Source: Schmidtea polychroa
Lineage: Eukaryota
NCBI GenBank assembly: GCA_044892525.1
Contig: CM097885.1
Location: 23,686,001-23,746,000 of the forward strand
Length of the DNA stretch: 60,000 nt
Direction: 5' to 3'
The translations under genes were made by a program, and so were the position numbers. The notes below the pieces were generated by a model. The model did no database searches. It saw nothing but the letters and a program-made list of their open reading frames with translations, and was not told the origin of the DNA. Below are positions 1 to 13,512 of the stretch, one piece after another; the stretch's first letter is position 1; each line of letters opens with the position of its first letter.

Positions 1-1794
1 AAGATAAATCACCTTTATGAAATTGGATCTTCATCAAAAAGTTTATATATCAAAATAATTGTTGGGCTAGAACTGATTTCTAGACCCAAACTTCTAATTA
101 TGACCGAAATGTGTAGGTACACAACATGCAAAAGCAAGAAGTATAGCTAAATATTAAAACTACACCAAATAAACAATAGTAGTTAAAGGAAAAAAAAACA
201 ACAAAAACCTAAACACAGAAATTAAATAAAATTATACCAAAAGCAAGAGGTTAGGCAAAATAGAACTCGAAAATAACCAAATAAACACAGATAAACAAAA
301 ACAGACTCGAATAACCTAAAAGACAGTAAAAACAGTTAAAAATTCCAGAAAAACCCAGAACATTTCATAAAAATGGCGATGACCATCACAAAAGCCATTT
401 AGAACAATAAAAGTTAGAGAAAATAAATAAATTAGTATTAAAAATAAAAAAATCTTAAAAAGAAATTCCTAAAACATCAGTTAAGATGAAAATTGTATTA
501 AAAATAAAATAGAATGTTCTGGAACCGTTCCAAATCCATCATGGACGGCAAATTAACGAAAAATAGTTAAAAAATAAAATATAAAAATAAAAACAAAAAT
601 TATGGCACAAAAATTGCCATTAAAAATAGCAAAATCGCTAAATAGAAAGTTCTGGAATAAAAAGAATTCGAGTTTGTTTTACTGCATCAATACATACACG
701 TGTACAAAATAGGTATATATACCGACACGTTTCGGGCATGATTTAGTCATTTATGCCAAAATTTTTTGTTGACCAAATTTTGAAGGAAACTGATAGTAGG
801 TATTTTTTTTGCATTGTTAACCATGTATGTAACTATTTTAATGAATACCATTTAATAATTAAATTATTCTTACTAAATTCGTTGTTATTTAGAAAATATG
901 ACTGATCAGCGGCGTCACTGTGCGTCGCTATTCCGTCCTGCATTCGGGATATCGAATAAAATTTTTATGCAACCTACCAACATGCATTATTCGTACTATA
1001 TTGATCGATACTATATGATTTCTTTTTGTTCGGGTCCTTCGGAGGTCGAACTACTTCATGGTCCTGCCATGGAGTTAGGTCGAGGAAAACCTCCGTCTGA
1101 CTCTTTGTATTTATGTAAGGTCGACCGTAAATGGTTGACTCAACACTCCACACTAAGGTTTGTGGAAGTGGTCACAGTGGGGCCATGGAAGCAATATTCT
1201 TCCCGACTGTTATTTAATACACATGCAAAATCCACATTCAAAATCATGAACAACGACTCCACACTAAGGTCCTAATTTGAGTAGAACTCATACCTAAAAT
1301 TACACAATTCTGCAATCACATCAATGTAGCTGGTTGAGCAATAATAGGAATTTCAACTATACTTAGACATATGCCGAACTAGATTTTATAGCAGGGGTTT
1401 ATGGTAGAGTAATGGAAATGAGAAAGATATTCGGCATACGTGCAAGTATAACTTAATCTAGAGGGACTAATTCAAAGTAAATGTAGGTATTCTAAACCCA
1501 ATTCCCACTTTAAAATATTCATGAATACATAAAGACTTAGTCATAATTTATAGGAATGATTATGAGATCTTAGATAATTATATTGATCTTAAAATGTAGA
1601 TCATTAATAGGTAAATAATAGAAAGTATAGATTTTGTGTATGAAATTTTTACAACTAATTATATGAATGGGGAATTTCGAGAAAGACAACTTATAAATGG
1701 CTACCGATAACCCGAGGAAATTTTGGAAAACTATGTTGATCACGTAAAGGTAATTCATAAGAAGTTAGATAAAGCTGACTAGAAGTTCATAAAT

Positions 1795-2144
1795 TGTAAA
1801 GTATAAAAATTAGAATATAAAATCATTAAGTAAAAACTTAAACTCGTGAATTGTTAAATATAAAATTATAAACTACAAAATATGTAACTATAAATTATAA
1901 AACCTAAATTCCTAAATTGAAAAACATAACATTATAAATATAAAATTTTAAAGTATAAAATATAAAGTCGCAAATTATTAAATATAAAATTATGAATTAT
2001 AAAATATATACTTAGAAATTATAAAGTATAAATTGGGAAATTGTAAAATATAAAATTTTAAATTACAGGTGGAAATTTATAACTTGCAAAAGGTAACATC
2101 CTAAATCATAAAATATGAATTCCTAAATTGTGAGATACAAAATA
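1795..2144. repeat. Degenerate AT-rich minisatellite (aaattataaa-like units)
   Basis: Recurrent AAATTATAAA/AAATTGTAAA units; the array stops abruptly at AGTAGTAGG (2145). Confidence 0.6.
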
Positions 2145-2289
2145 AGTAGTAGGATGTGGGCCATCCAGATCAGGGGCCCTCCAGGCCACATATACCCCCT
2201 CCCCCCCGGGAAAAATTTTTTTTTTTAAATAAAAGGTCAAGGTCAAGGTCATTTATTTTTTTTTAATTTAATTTTTTGTTTTAATTAAT

Positions 2290-3420
2290 GATCCAAAGGG
2301 CCCCTACTTTTTTTCATCCCAAAAATTAATGTTCCCGCCAACAGATTTTATTGAACAATAGCTCATCTTAAAGCCCAATGCAAGACCTTTCGAATGAGAT
2401 ATAGATTCCTATCATACGATGACTCATCTCATTTTTAGAACAAAGATAAAGACTAACCCAATGTCACATAATTTTTTAAAATTAAGTGATCCAGAGGGCC
2501 CCTACTTTTTTTCATCCCAAAAATTAATGTTCTTGTTAACAGATTTTATTGACCGATACCTCATCTTAAAGCCCAGTCCAAGACCTTTCGAATGAGCTAT
2601 AGGTATCATATATATCTTTAATAGTTTTAATGTTATTAACATTTGATGACCACCATCTTTTCAACGTTAAATTATTATTATTTGTCAAAATATTATTAAG
2701 TGATCCAGCGGGCCCCTACTTTTTGTCATCCCAAAGATTAATGTTCCCGCAAACATATTATATTGATCGATAGCTTATTTTAAAGCTCTGTGCAAGAACT
2801 TTCTAATGAGATATAGATTTTTATCATACGATGACTCATCACATTTTTAGAACAAAGACAATGACTCATCATATTTTTAGAACGATGCCTAATATTTTTA
2901 GATTGATTACGTCATACTTTTAGAACGATGCCTAATATTTTTAGAACGATGCCTATTATTTTTAGAATGATTACGTCATACTTTTAGAACGATGCCTAAT
3001 ATTTTTAGAACGATGCCTAATATTTTTAGAACTATTACGTAATCGATGCCTAATATTTTTAGAACTATTACGTAATTTTTTAAAATTAAGTGATCCAGAG
3101 AGCCCCTACTTTTTTCCATCCCAAAAATTAATGTTCTCGTTAACAGATTTTATTGACCGATACCTCATCTTAAAGCTCAGTCCAAGACCTTTCGAATGAG
3201 CTATAGGTATCTTATATATCTTTAATAGTTTTAATGTTATTAACAATTGATGACCACCATCTTTTCAACGTTAAATTATTATTATTTTCCAAAATATTAT
3301 TAAGTGATCTGGCGGGCTCACACTTTTTTTCATCCCAAAATTTAATGTTCCCATTATCCGAATTTATTGGACGATACCTCTTCTTAAAGCTCAGTCCAAG
3401 ACCTTTCGAATGAGCCATAG
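2290..3420. repeat. Five imperfect ~200-bp tandem units
   Basis: Core GATCCAGAGGGCCCCTACTTTTTTCATCCCAAAAATTAATGTTC...AAGACCTTTCGAATGAG recurs near 2290, 2489, 2703, 3093 and 3305; an internal TTTTTAGAACGATGCCTAATA expansion lies at ~2870-3070. Confidence 0.9.
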
Positions 3421-3509
3421 AAGGTATCATCATCATTATTATTAACAAAGAGAATGACTCACCCAATGACTCACCCAACGATGTCTAATATTTTTAGAAC
3501 GATGACTCA

Positions 3510-3973
3510 TCAAGGTCAAGGTCAAATTTTTAATAAAAGGTCAAGGTCATTTATTTTTTCAAGGTCATTTATTTTTTCAAGGTCATTTATTTTTTCAAGG
3601 TCATTTAATTTTTAATAAAAGGTCAAGGTCATTTATTATTTTCAAGGTCATTTATTTTTTCAAGGTCATTTAATTTTTAAATAAAAGGTCAAGGTCATTT
3701 ATTATTTTCAAGGTCATTTATTTTTTCAAGGTCATTTATTTTTTCAAGGTCATTTATTTTTTCAAGGTCATTTATTTTTTCAAGGTCATTTAATTTTTAA
3801 TAAAAGGTCAAGGTCATTTATTATTTTCAAGGTCATTTATTTTTTCAAGGTCATTTAATTTTTAAATAAAAGGTCAAGGTCATTTATTATTTTCAAGGTC
3901 ATTTATTTTTTCAAGGTCATTTATTTTTTCAAGGTCATTTATTTTTTCAAGGTCATTTATTTTTTCAAGGTCA
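3510..3973 (+). repeat. 18-bp minisatellite built on TCAAGGTCA
   Basis: About 24 copies of TCAAGGTCA, mostly as TCAAGGTCATTTATTTTT, with a higher-order AAAAGGTCAAGGTCA variant. Confidence 0.95.
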
Positions 3974-4004
3974 TTTATTATTTTTTAAGTTTTTAGTTTC
4001 TAAG

Positions 4005-4107
<103 letters not shown>

Positions 4108-4126
4108 ATTATAATTATAATTATTA

Positions 4127-4180
4127 TATACTCCTAGTCTATCCGACAAGATATTCTGTCCCCCTATGGGTACTGCACAC
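4127..4180 (+). repeat. Dispersed ~90-bp motif, copy 1 (partial)
   Basis: TATACTCCTAGTCTATCCGACAAGATATTCTGTCCCCCTATGGGTACTGC; other copies at ~4251-4358, 5371-5462, 7272-7360, 9213-9308 and inverted at ~11046-11134. Confidence 0.9.
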
Positions 4181-4578
4181 AAATTATTTTCAAAGTTTTA
4201 ATCAATATTATTATTATTATTAATATTATTATTATTATATTATTATCATATATACTCTTAATCTATCCGACAAAATATTCTATCCCTCTATGGGTATTGC
4301 TCATATGGGTAATGGTCAAAGGTGTACTACTCACATTCAACATGTCTCAAAGGGTATAATATAATTATTATTAAATTCTGACCAACTTAAATCAATGAAG
4401 GGGTAGAACAAAAATATATTAAGTTGCGGTATTTTAAATTTAAAAATATTTTAAAAACTTATTTTGACACTAAAGTTTACTTAATTAACAAAGACATAAT
4501 TATTGCACATGCTTTGCATAAATATTATTATTTTTTAAATTTTCAATATTTTCTTTTAAAGTATTAACACGCGCGGGC

Positions 4579-4644
<66 letters not shown>

Positions 4645-5160
4645 GTTAATGAAAAATCTAAAATATGGTTTACACACACAACCCCTCAACCATTATTATT
4701 ATTATCAATATTAAAAACATAAAATATTTTCTACACACACACACATGCACAACTCATTAACCATTATTATTATCATTATTAGTGAAAACCTAAAATATTT
4801 TTTACACACACACACAACCCATTAACCATTATTATTATTATTATCAATATTAAAAACCTAAAATATTTTTACACACACACACATACAACTCATTAAACTT
4901 ATTATTATTATTATTATTATTGCAAATATTAGTCAAAAACCTAAAATATTATTTACACTCACACAACCCATTAACAATTATTATTATCAATATTAGTGAA
5001 AACCTAAAATATTTTCTACACACACACACACACAACCCATTAACCATTATTATTATTGCAAATATTAGTCAAAAACATAAAAACACTCATAAACCATTAT
5101 TATTATCAATATTCGTGAAAACCTCAAATATTTTTTACACACATATACAACCCATTAAAC

Positions 5161-5212
<52 letters not shown>

Positions 5213-5235
5213 GTGAAAAAACCTTAAATAATTTT
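4645..5235. repeat. ~60-70-bp minisatellite with CA and ATT tracts
   Basis: Repeated AAAACCTAAAATATTTT(T)TACACACAC..AACCCATTAACCATTATTAT units. Confidence 0.85.
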
Positions 5236-5446
5236 TACATACTAAGTTATGGGGTAGAGTATTATTATGTTTGCAGTATTCTGTGTTTGCCTTTACAGGA
5301 AGTTGTCAATAAGGAGCGATAATTTTACACACACATTCTATATACACATACCTTGTTTAACATGGGTGTATATACTCCTAGTCTATCCGACAAAATATTC
5401 TGTCCCCCTATGGGTATTGCTCACAAAGGTACTACTCACACTCAAC

Positions 5447-8400
5447 ATATCGCAAGGGTATATTAATTATTGTTAGTAAATAAAACCTATCACACACACT
5501 TTTATATTTAAACGATAAAAATCAAGACAGGAGAGGACAAGGCAAAGTTTATGCATTTAGTATTGCCAGGCCTAATGAGCAGTGATCAAATATCTGTGCC
5601 TGAAAGACACGGTGGATATTTGTTCGCGTCCACAAGGGTCGTCTGTGCCTCCCCCAAGTGGGGTCAGAAGAACCTGGGCATTATAGCTTTCCGTACGGAA
5701 CATTACGCCTAGCATGGGTAGTCAACTACCAGCACATTCGAAACGTATAATTTCAAAATACATGCGTCATTGGCACTATAACCAAATTAATTAATGTTTT
5801 CACTAACACAAATATATATTTACAGAGGCCTCCCACTAGTTGGATTACAACCGCCCACCACGACGATCAGCTTGTAAATATATATTAATTAAGGGATAAA
5901 GTGGACCCACCCAACCCTATTATATTTAATTTACAAATTTTTCTCGCTCTTCTGCTGGTAATCTATCTCAAAATTATCATCTCTATCGGGCCACTTGATA
6001 GTGATTTCATGGAATACATCTTGCAAATTGGACGTATTTCTTAGTTTCTGATGCGGCGTCCACTATCATTGCTAAAATATATATTGATTTAAAAGCAATT
6101 AACTTACATTATCTAACATTTTATCGTCACAAATTAAATTCTGTCTGACTATTAGGCAACTGTTATTTGTGGTATACTTTTTCAATGTCATTTCCCACCA
6201 TAAAACACAGATACCTAAATATAATATATATATATTTTAAAAGATTAATTCATGTCTTACATTAATAATAATATTCTTCAGGTAGTACTTTACAATATCT
6301 AATTGATAAAACATCGGTTTTTTCCCATTTTTCTTGACATTCGTTGAAAGTTTACATAATTTAAGTAAACATTCATGTTGAAGGACACCCCCAATCAGCT
6401 AATTCATTTAAGAAATCCCGAACATAGCAATGTTTCACCATTTTGTCTGGTTCATTTTCTTCTATAATTCATGTTTTAATAAGAAATCTCTAAATCCAGA
6501 ACATAAGTCATTTAGTGTTTCACCATTTTGTTCATCTTCTTCATAATTATATAATTCATTTTCTTCATTACTAAGTAAAATAATTAAAATATTTTAGTAA
6601 ATTCTTTATTTACTTACTTTATGGATACTAAAACGAAAGAAATAACGTTATATCAGAATTATATTTAAATAATTTAAATTTAGTTATTTAAACATATTTA
6701 AACACTTTAGTTATTTAAGCATATTTAAACATTAATATTATTATATAGTATAATTTTATATAATTTTATATAATATTATAATATTATAATATTATGTATT
6801 GTAAATTTAATATATCCTTAATTTAATTTTTTAAATTCAAAAATTTATAATGAAGATTCTTTGAATTAAAAAATATTCTGTTAGTATTTCCAGGCAGAAA
6901 ACAACGAATTCAATAATTAAAATCTTAATTTTCATGTTGTTAGGGTTGTGGCCAGAAGTTAATCGCCATCTAATCGTTTGTTCTCAATTTCGCTCATTTT
7001 TGTTCAAAACATTCAGGTGAGTTGTTATCTGGAAAGTTTCTTTGAGCTCAGTTTTGTTAAAACACTCACGGTATTTTTGAGGGACGTGTCACTGGAAATA
7101 AATTAACAATGGGTAGTCATACATACATGTTGTTGGTTTGAACTGATGATTTATTTTAGAAATATGTATATTAAAAACATTTAAGGTATCATTCAGTAAA
7201 ATAATATAGTATTTTTGAGTATTTTTAGTTAATTTATAAATAACAGTATTTTGATATATCAATAAAGACCATATACTCCTAGTTTATCCGACAAAATATT
7301 CTGTCCCCCTATGGGTATTGCTAGCAAGGGTACTGGTCACACTCAACAAGACGCAATATTAATCATTTAGAAATTCTTAGGTAAGATAATCAGAAATTTG
7401 TGAATATTTTAAATGTAACTTTACACTTATGTCGAGCGACTAATTTATTGGTTAACTTTGTAGTCATTTAAAGCAAAAATTAATTTATTCATCTAATGTT
7501 CGTTACAATAGATAATAATATGAGAAAAACATGGTCATTATTCATTGATAATTTTAAATTCATTATCATTTGGAGTAAATTTGTTTGAGGCAAAAATATT
7601 TAAAGGAGTCATAATAGAAATATGGTTATCATTTAACCAAATAAGGTGCTTATTAGTTAAAAATATATATTTATATAGGGTTACAATTCTTTTCTAATTT
7701 AATTAGATGATCATTAGACGTAATATATCTTTGCGAGAAATTTAAGATGTTTGAGTAACCAAAACATTGATATTTTGGGTCATCAATTTATGAATAGTGC
7801 TTAATTTTCTCATTTTTAGTGATTTAAAATAATATTTAGCAAAGGTAATTTGGCAAAATATCACTTATCCATCCGATAACAATATTCCTTCAATAGATTA
7901 ACTGATATTCAACCGATTTAATTTCTAATTAAAATCATAAAATTCCTTCAATAAAGATCAATTTTCTTTAGCCGTTGTCCATTTCCAACTTTTAAGTCAA
8001 TATTTCTCAAGTTTTGTCACTGATGTCCCCACAATGAATAAAATAACTTCTTAAGTAAAATAATTTAAAGCAATAACCTTTGATATCAATCCCAATTAAT
8101 TCTAAAGATTTCAAATATTTCATTGTGAAAACCAAGTAAATTGATCATTAACCCTAAACGACTTAATAAAACAGTGGATAATTAATATAAAACTGGTTCT
8201 AAAACATAAATCTAAATTACTGTGCAATAACATTCATCACAACCTAATAAACCTCTAAAACGATATAATTTCACAGGAACTATTATTAATTCATAGCTAA
8301 ATACTGACTATTTCCCTTTAAAATTTTACCAATAAGAACATTGTCGATTTAAATAGAGATTTCAAACATTTCCACCTTAACCGATCCCTCACCAAATATT

Positions 8401-9086
8401 TCTATCATTTTAAACACCTTAAAAATCGTATATTACCATCTTAACCAACCGACTTTAATATATCAGACCTTTAATATATCAATTCTCTTAAAATCCATAG
8501 AAAATTCTTCAAAATATGAATTTTATTTATTTGTTACAGACATCCGTCCATTGAAATAATTTAGTATCTAAATTCATGTAGTAAGAGCCCATTAAAAAAA
8601 TCAAAATTCACTAAAATCAATATTTTCTACAAATATTTCACCACATTTACCATCAAATACCTAACTAGAAATGAAATATATCGATTGATCATAATTCTTC
8701 ATCGATTCAGCTAATTATATAGCAATTATAACGTGATATATCTTTCAAAATCACAAATTTCAGTATATTTTACAATAATTTTTACAAAAATTAAATAATA
8801 ATAACTTGATTATTGTAAAAACTTTAATTATTAACCTAACTGTCATTAAAAATATTATTATTTAAAAGTAAATTTAAAAAGTAAATTTAAAAATTTAAAA
8901 GTCAATAAAATATAGCAAATTATCAAGAAATTAATTAAATTTGTCTTAGAATTAACACTAAAACGTTAAATTTCAAAATATTCTTTCAATTATTCACAAA
9001 AAGGTTAGTAATAATGTTAGTAAAATCCCGCTAACTCTAAAAATTACCAATGAATTTAATGCTAAATAATAACCAAAAATTTGCCT
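5447..9086 (+). repeat. Left arm of a 7.2-kb inverted repeat (palindrome)
   Basis: Reverse complement of 9321-12692; e.g. 9061-9086 pairs with 9321-9346 and ATATCGCAAGGG (5447) pairs with CCCTTGCGATAT (12692). Confidence 0.97.
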
Positions 9087-9320
9087 CGGTGTTATTAAAA
9101 TTATCTTTCGACTTTACGCTTCTTACCATTTTAGAATAAGATTTTTTATCAAAATTTGTGTTAATTTGACTGATTCAATTTGATGGAGTTATTGTTAATT
9201 CGTTTTATTATATATACTCTGAGTTTATCCGACAAGATATTTTCTCCCTCTATGGATACTGTTCACAATTGGTACTGCTCGTAAGGGTACTGGTCGTAAA
9301 GGTACTGGTGTGTTTTATTT

Positions 9321-12300
9321 AGGCAAATTTTTGGTTATTAATTAGCATTAAATTCTTTGGTAATTTTTAGAGTTAGTGGGATTTTACTAACATTATTACT
9401 AACCTTTTTGTGAATAATTGAAAGAATATTTTGAAATTTAACGTTTTAGTGTTAATTCTAAGACAAATTTAATTAATTTCTTGATAATTTGCTATATTTT
9501 ATTGACTTTTAAATTTTTAAATTTACTTTTTAAATTTACTTTTAAATAATAATATTTTTAATGACAGTTAGGTTAATAATTAAAGTTTTTACAATAATCA
9601 AGTTATTATTATTTAATTTTTGTAAAAATTATTGTAAAATATACTGAAATTTGTGATTTTGAAAGATATATCACGTTATAATTGCTATATAATTAGCTGA
9701 ATCGATGAAGAATTATGATCAATCGATATATTTCATTTCTAGTTAGGTATTTGATGGTAAATGTGGTGAAATATTTGTAGAAAATATTGATTTTAGTGAA
9801 TTTTGATTTTTTAATGGGCTCTTACTACATGAATTTAGATACTAAATTATTTCAATGGACGGATGTCTGTAACAAATAAATAAAATTCATATTTTGAAGA
9901 ATTTTCTATGGATTTTAAGAGAATTGATATATTAAAGGTCTGATATATTAAAGTCGGTTGGTTAAGATGGTAATATACGATTTTTAAGGTGTTTAAAATG
10001 ATAGAAATATTTGGTGAGGGATCGGTTAAGGTGGAAATGTTTGAAATCTCTATTTAAATCGACAATGTTCTTATTGGTAAAATTTTAAAGGGAAATAGTC
10101 AGTATTTAGCTATGAATTAATAATAGTTCCTGTGAAATTATATCGTTTTAGAGGTTTATTAGGTTGTGATGAATGTTATTGCACAGTAATTTAGATTTAT
10201 GTTTTAGAACCAGTTTTATATTAATTATCCACTGTTTTATTAAGTCGTTTAGGGTTAATGATCAATTTACTTGGTTTTCACAATGAAATATTTGAAATCT
10301 TTAGAATTAATTGGGATTGATATCAAAGGTTATTGCTTTAAATTATTTTACTTAAGAAGTTATTTTATTCATTGTGGGGACATCAGTGACAAAACTTGAG
10401 AAATATTGACTTAAAAGTTGGAAATGGACAACGGCTAAAGAAAATTGATCTTTATTGAAGGAATTTTATGATTTTAATTAGAAATTAAATCGGTTGAATA
10501 TCAGTTAATCTATTGAAGGAATATTGTTATCGGATGGATAAGTGATATTTTGCCAAATTACCTTTGCTAAATATTATTTTAAATCACTAAAAATGAGAAA
10601 ATTAAGCACTATTCATAAATTGATGACCCAAAATATCAATGTTTTGGTTACTCAAACATCTTAAATTTCTCGCAAAGATATATTACGTCTAATGATCATC
10701 TAATTAAATTAGAAAAGAATTGTAACCCTATATAAATATATATTTTTAACTAATAAGCACCTTATTTGGTTAAATGATAACCATATTTCTATTATGACTC
10801 CTTTAAATATTTTTGCCTCAAACAAATTTACTCCAAATGATAATGAATTTAAAATTATCAATGAATAATGACCATGTTTTTCTCATATTATTATCTATTG
10901 TAACGAACATTAGATGAATAAATTAATTTTTGCTTTAAATGACTACAAAGTTAACCAATAAATTAGTCGCTCGACATAAGTGTAAAGTTACATTTAAAAT
11001 ATTCACAAATTTCTGATTATCTTACCTAAGAATTTCTAAATGATTAATATTGCGTCTTGTTGAGTGTGACCAGTACCCTTGCTAGCAATACCCATAGGGG
11101 GACAGAATATTTTGTCGGATAAACTAGGAGTATATGGTCTTTATTGATATATCAAAATACTGTTATTTATAAATTAACTAAAAATACTCAAAAATACTAT
11201 ATTATTTTACTGAATGATACCTTAAATGTTTTTAATATACATATTTCTAAAATAAATCATCAGTTCAAACCAACAACATGTATGTATGACTACCCATTGT
11301 TAATTTATTTCCAGTGACACGTCCCTCAAAAATACCGTGAGTGTTTTAACAAAACTGAGCTCAAAGAAACTTTCCAGATAACAACTCACCTGAATGTTTT
11401 GAACAAAAATGAGCGAAATTGAGAACAAACGATTAGATGGCGATTAACTTCTGGCCACAACCCTAACAACATGAAAATTAAGATTTTAATTATTGAATTC
11501 GTTGTTTTCTGCCTGGAAATACTAACAGAATATTTTTTAATTCAAAGAATCTTCATTATAAATTTTTGAATTTAAAAAATTAAATTAAGGATATATTAAA
11601 TTTACAATACATAATATTATAATATTATAATATTATATAAAATTATATAAAATTATACTATATAATAATATTAATGTTTAAATATGCTTAAATAACTAAA
11701 GTGTTTAAATATGTTTAAATAACTAAATTTAAATTATTTAAATATAATTCTGATATAACGTTATTTCTTTCGTTTTAGTATCCATAAAGTAAGTAAATAA
11801 AGAATTTACTAAAATATTTTAATTATTTTACTTAGTAATGAAGAAAATGAATTATATAATTATGAAGAAGATGAACAAAATGGTGAAACACTAAATGACT
11901 TATGTTCTGGATTTAGAGATTTCTTATTAAAACATGAATTATAGAAGAAAATGAACCAGACAAAATGGTGAAACATTGCTATGTTCGGGATTTCTTAAAT
12001 GAATTAGCTGATTGGGGGTGTCCTTCAACATGAATGTTTACTTAAATTATGTAAACTTTCAACGAATGTCAAGAAAAATGGGAAAAAACCGATGTTTTAT
12101 CAATTAGATATTGTAAAGTACTACCTGAAGAATATTATTATTAATGTAAGACATGAATTAATTCTTTAAAATATATATATTATATTTAGGTATCTGTGTT
12201 TTATGGTGGGAAATGACATTGAAATGGGGTTGGGTGGGTCCTCTTTATCCCTTAATTAATATATATTTACAAGCTGATCGTCGTGGTGGGCGGTTGTAAT

Positions 12301-12691
12301 CCAACTAGTGGGAGGCCTCTGTAAATATATATTTGTGTTAGTGAAAACAATAATTAATTTGGTTATAGTGCCAATGACGCATGTATTTTGAAATTATACG
12401 TTTCGAATGTGCTGGTAGTTGACTACCCATGCTAGGCGTAATGTTCCATACGGAAAACTATAATGCCCAGGTTCTTCTGACCCCACTTGGGGGAGGCACA
12501 GACGACCCTTGTGGACGCGAACAAATATCCACCGTGTCTTTCAGGCACAGATATTTGGTCACTGCTCATTAGGCCTGGCAATACTAAATGCATACACTTT
12601 GCCTTGTCCTCTCTTGTCTTGATTTTTATCATTTAAATAGTGTGTGTGATAAGTTTTATTTACTAACCCTAATTAATATACCCTTGCGATA

Positions 12692-12692
<1 letters not shown>
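9321..12692 (-). repeat. Right arm of the inverted repeat; lacks ~260 bp corresponding to ~5920-6180
   Basis: Continuous reverse-complement match to the left arm; deletion junction at ~12224 (CATTGAAA|TGGGGTTGGG); 234-bp spacer at 9087-9320. Confidence 0.97.
10283..10412 (+). pseudogene. Decayed leucine-rich-repeat (F-box/LRR-like) fragment; mirror copy on the - strand at ~7995-8123
   Basis: Hand translation MKYLKSLELIGIDIKGYCFKLFYLRSYFIHCGDISDKT*EIL resembles the LxxLxLxxCxxITD repeat; flanks contain many stops. Confidence 0.35.
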
Positions 12693-12739
<47 letters not shown>

Positions 12740-13228
12740 CATTATTATTATTATTGTCACCGTTATTATTATCATTATCAGTAAATCCTCGATTATACAT
12801 AACTTAATTGTTAGTAATAACTTTGTCCTTAATGCATGTAAGTTCATTACGGGTACTCGTATATATATCTTTAATCATTGTAGAATATACTATTAAACCT
12901 ATAAATATTATATCAATTATAGATTATTATTATTAGTAGTGATTATTTATTTCAAAAAGCAATCCAATATCGATTTGGCATTTCCCCAATAAATCAAATT
13001 TAGAAACCACCCTTTGAGCCAATCAGAGGGATCAGAATTCTGAAAAACTATTTTTAGCAACACCCCCCCCCCCCTCTGGAAGAATGTTACCATTATTCAA
13101 GTCACCCAGGGATATGAATGAGGGGGTATGATCCACTACATAAGCTCACACCAAATGAGTAATCAAATATCTAATCGTTATTAAATGAAAGAAACGAAAG
13201 AATTTTACAATTTTATTCGAACAATAAA

Positions 13229-13512
13229 TTACCACACACAATTTGTCTTGAATACAAAATCCTGATTATGGACCAAGAATCGTAGGGCGAGTCCCAGAAG
13301 CTGAATCCTCGATAGCCCCAGCTGGGAAAAATAATCATCAAATTGCCCCTAAATTAGGTATATAAGACCAAGAAATAGATTACCTCTAATGAATAAATGA
13401 TGATTCCACCACCTATAACGAATACAACCAGGGGAAGAGTAAGTGAGCAAGAGACTGAGCTCGCCACTAGTACCCTTCGCCTGACGTAACCGCATTTGGT
13501 GGAAATATTCAT
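13229..13512 (-). CDS. Predicted 82-aa two-exon single-pass membrane protein (exons 13512-13384 and 13348-13229)
   Basis: MNISTKCGYVRRRVLVASSVSCSLTLPLVVFVIGGGIIIYSLE, then a 35-nt GTAATC..TTTAG intron, then GQFDDYFSQLGLSRIQLLGLALRFLVHNQDFVFKTNCVW*; splice keeps frame; AATAAA ~12 nt after the stop. Confidence 0.55.

Noticed and set aside
715..770. Possible hammerhead ribozyme on the - strand (CCCGAAACGTGTC)
   Set aside because: No CTGANGA core or closing stems found upstream
898..1275. 125-aa ORF
   Set aside because: No recognisable motif; contains a short direct repeat (ACTCCACACTAAGGT) and looks like repeat or LTR debris
2290..3973. CRISPR-like repeat array
   Set aside because: Eukaryotic context, no unique spacers, no cas genes; plain tandem repeats
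13120..13140. Right TIR for the element starting at 2145 (GAGGGGGTAT..ATCCACTACA)
   Set aside because: Only a 10-bp exact match plus a loose end, and no target-site duplication
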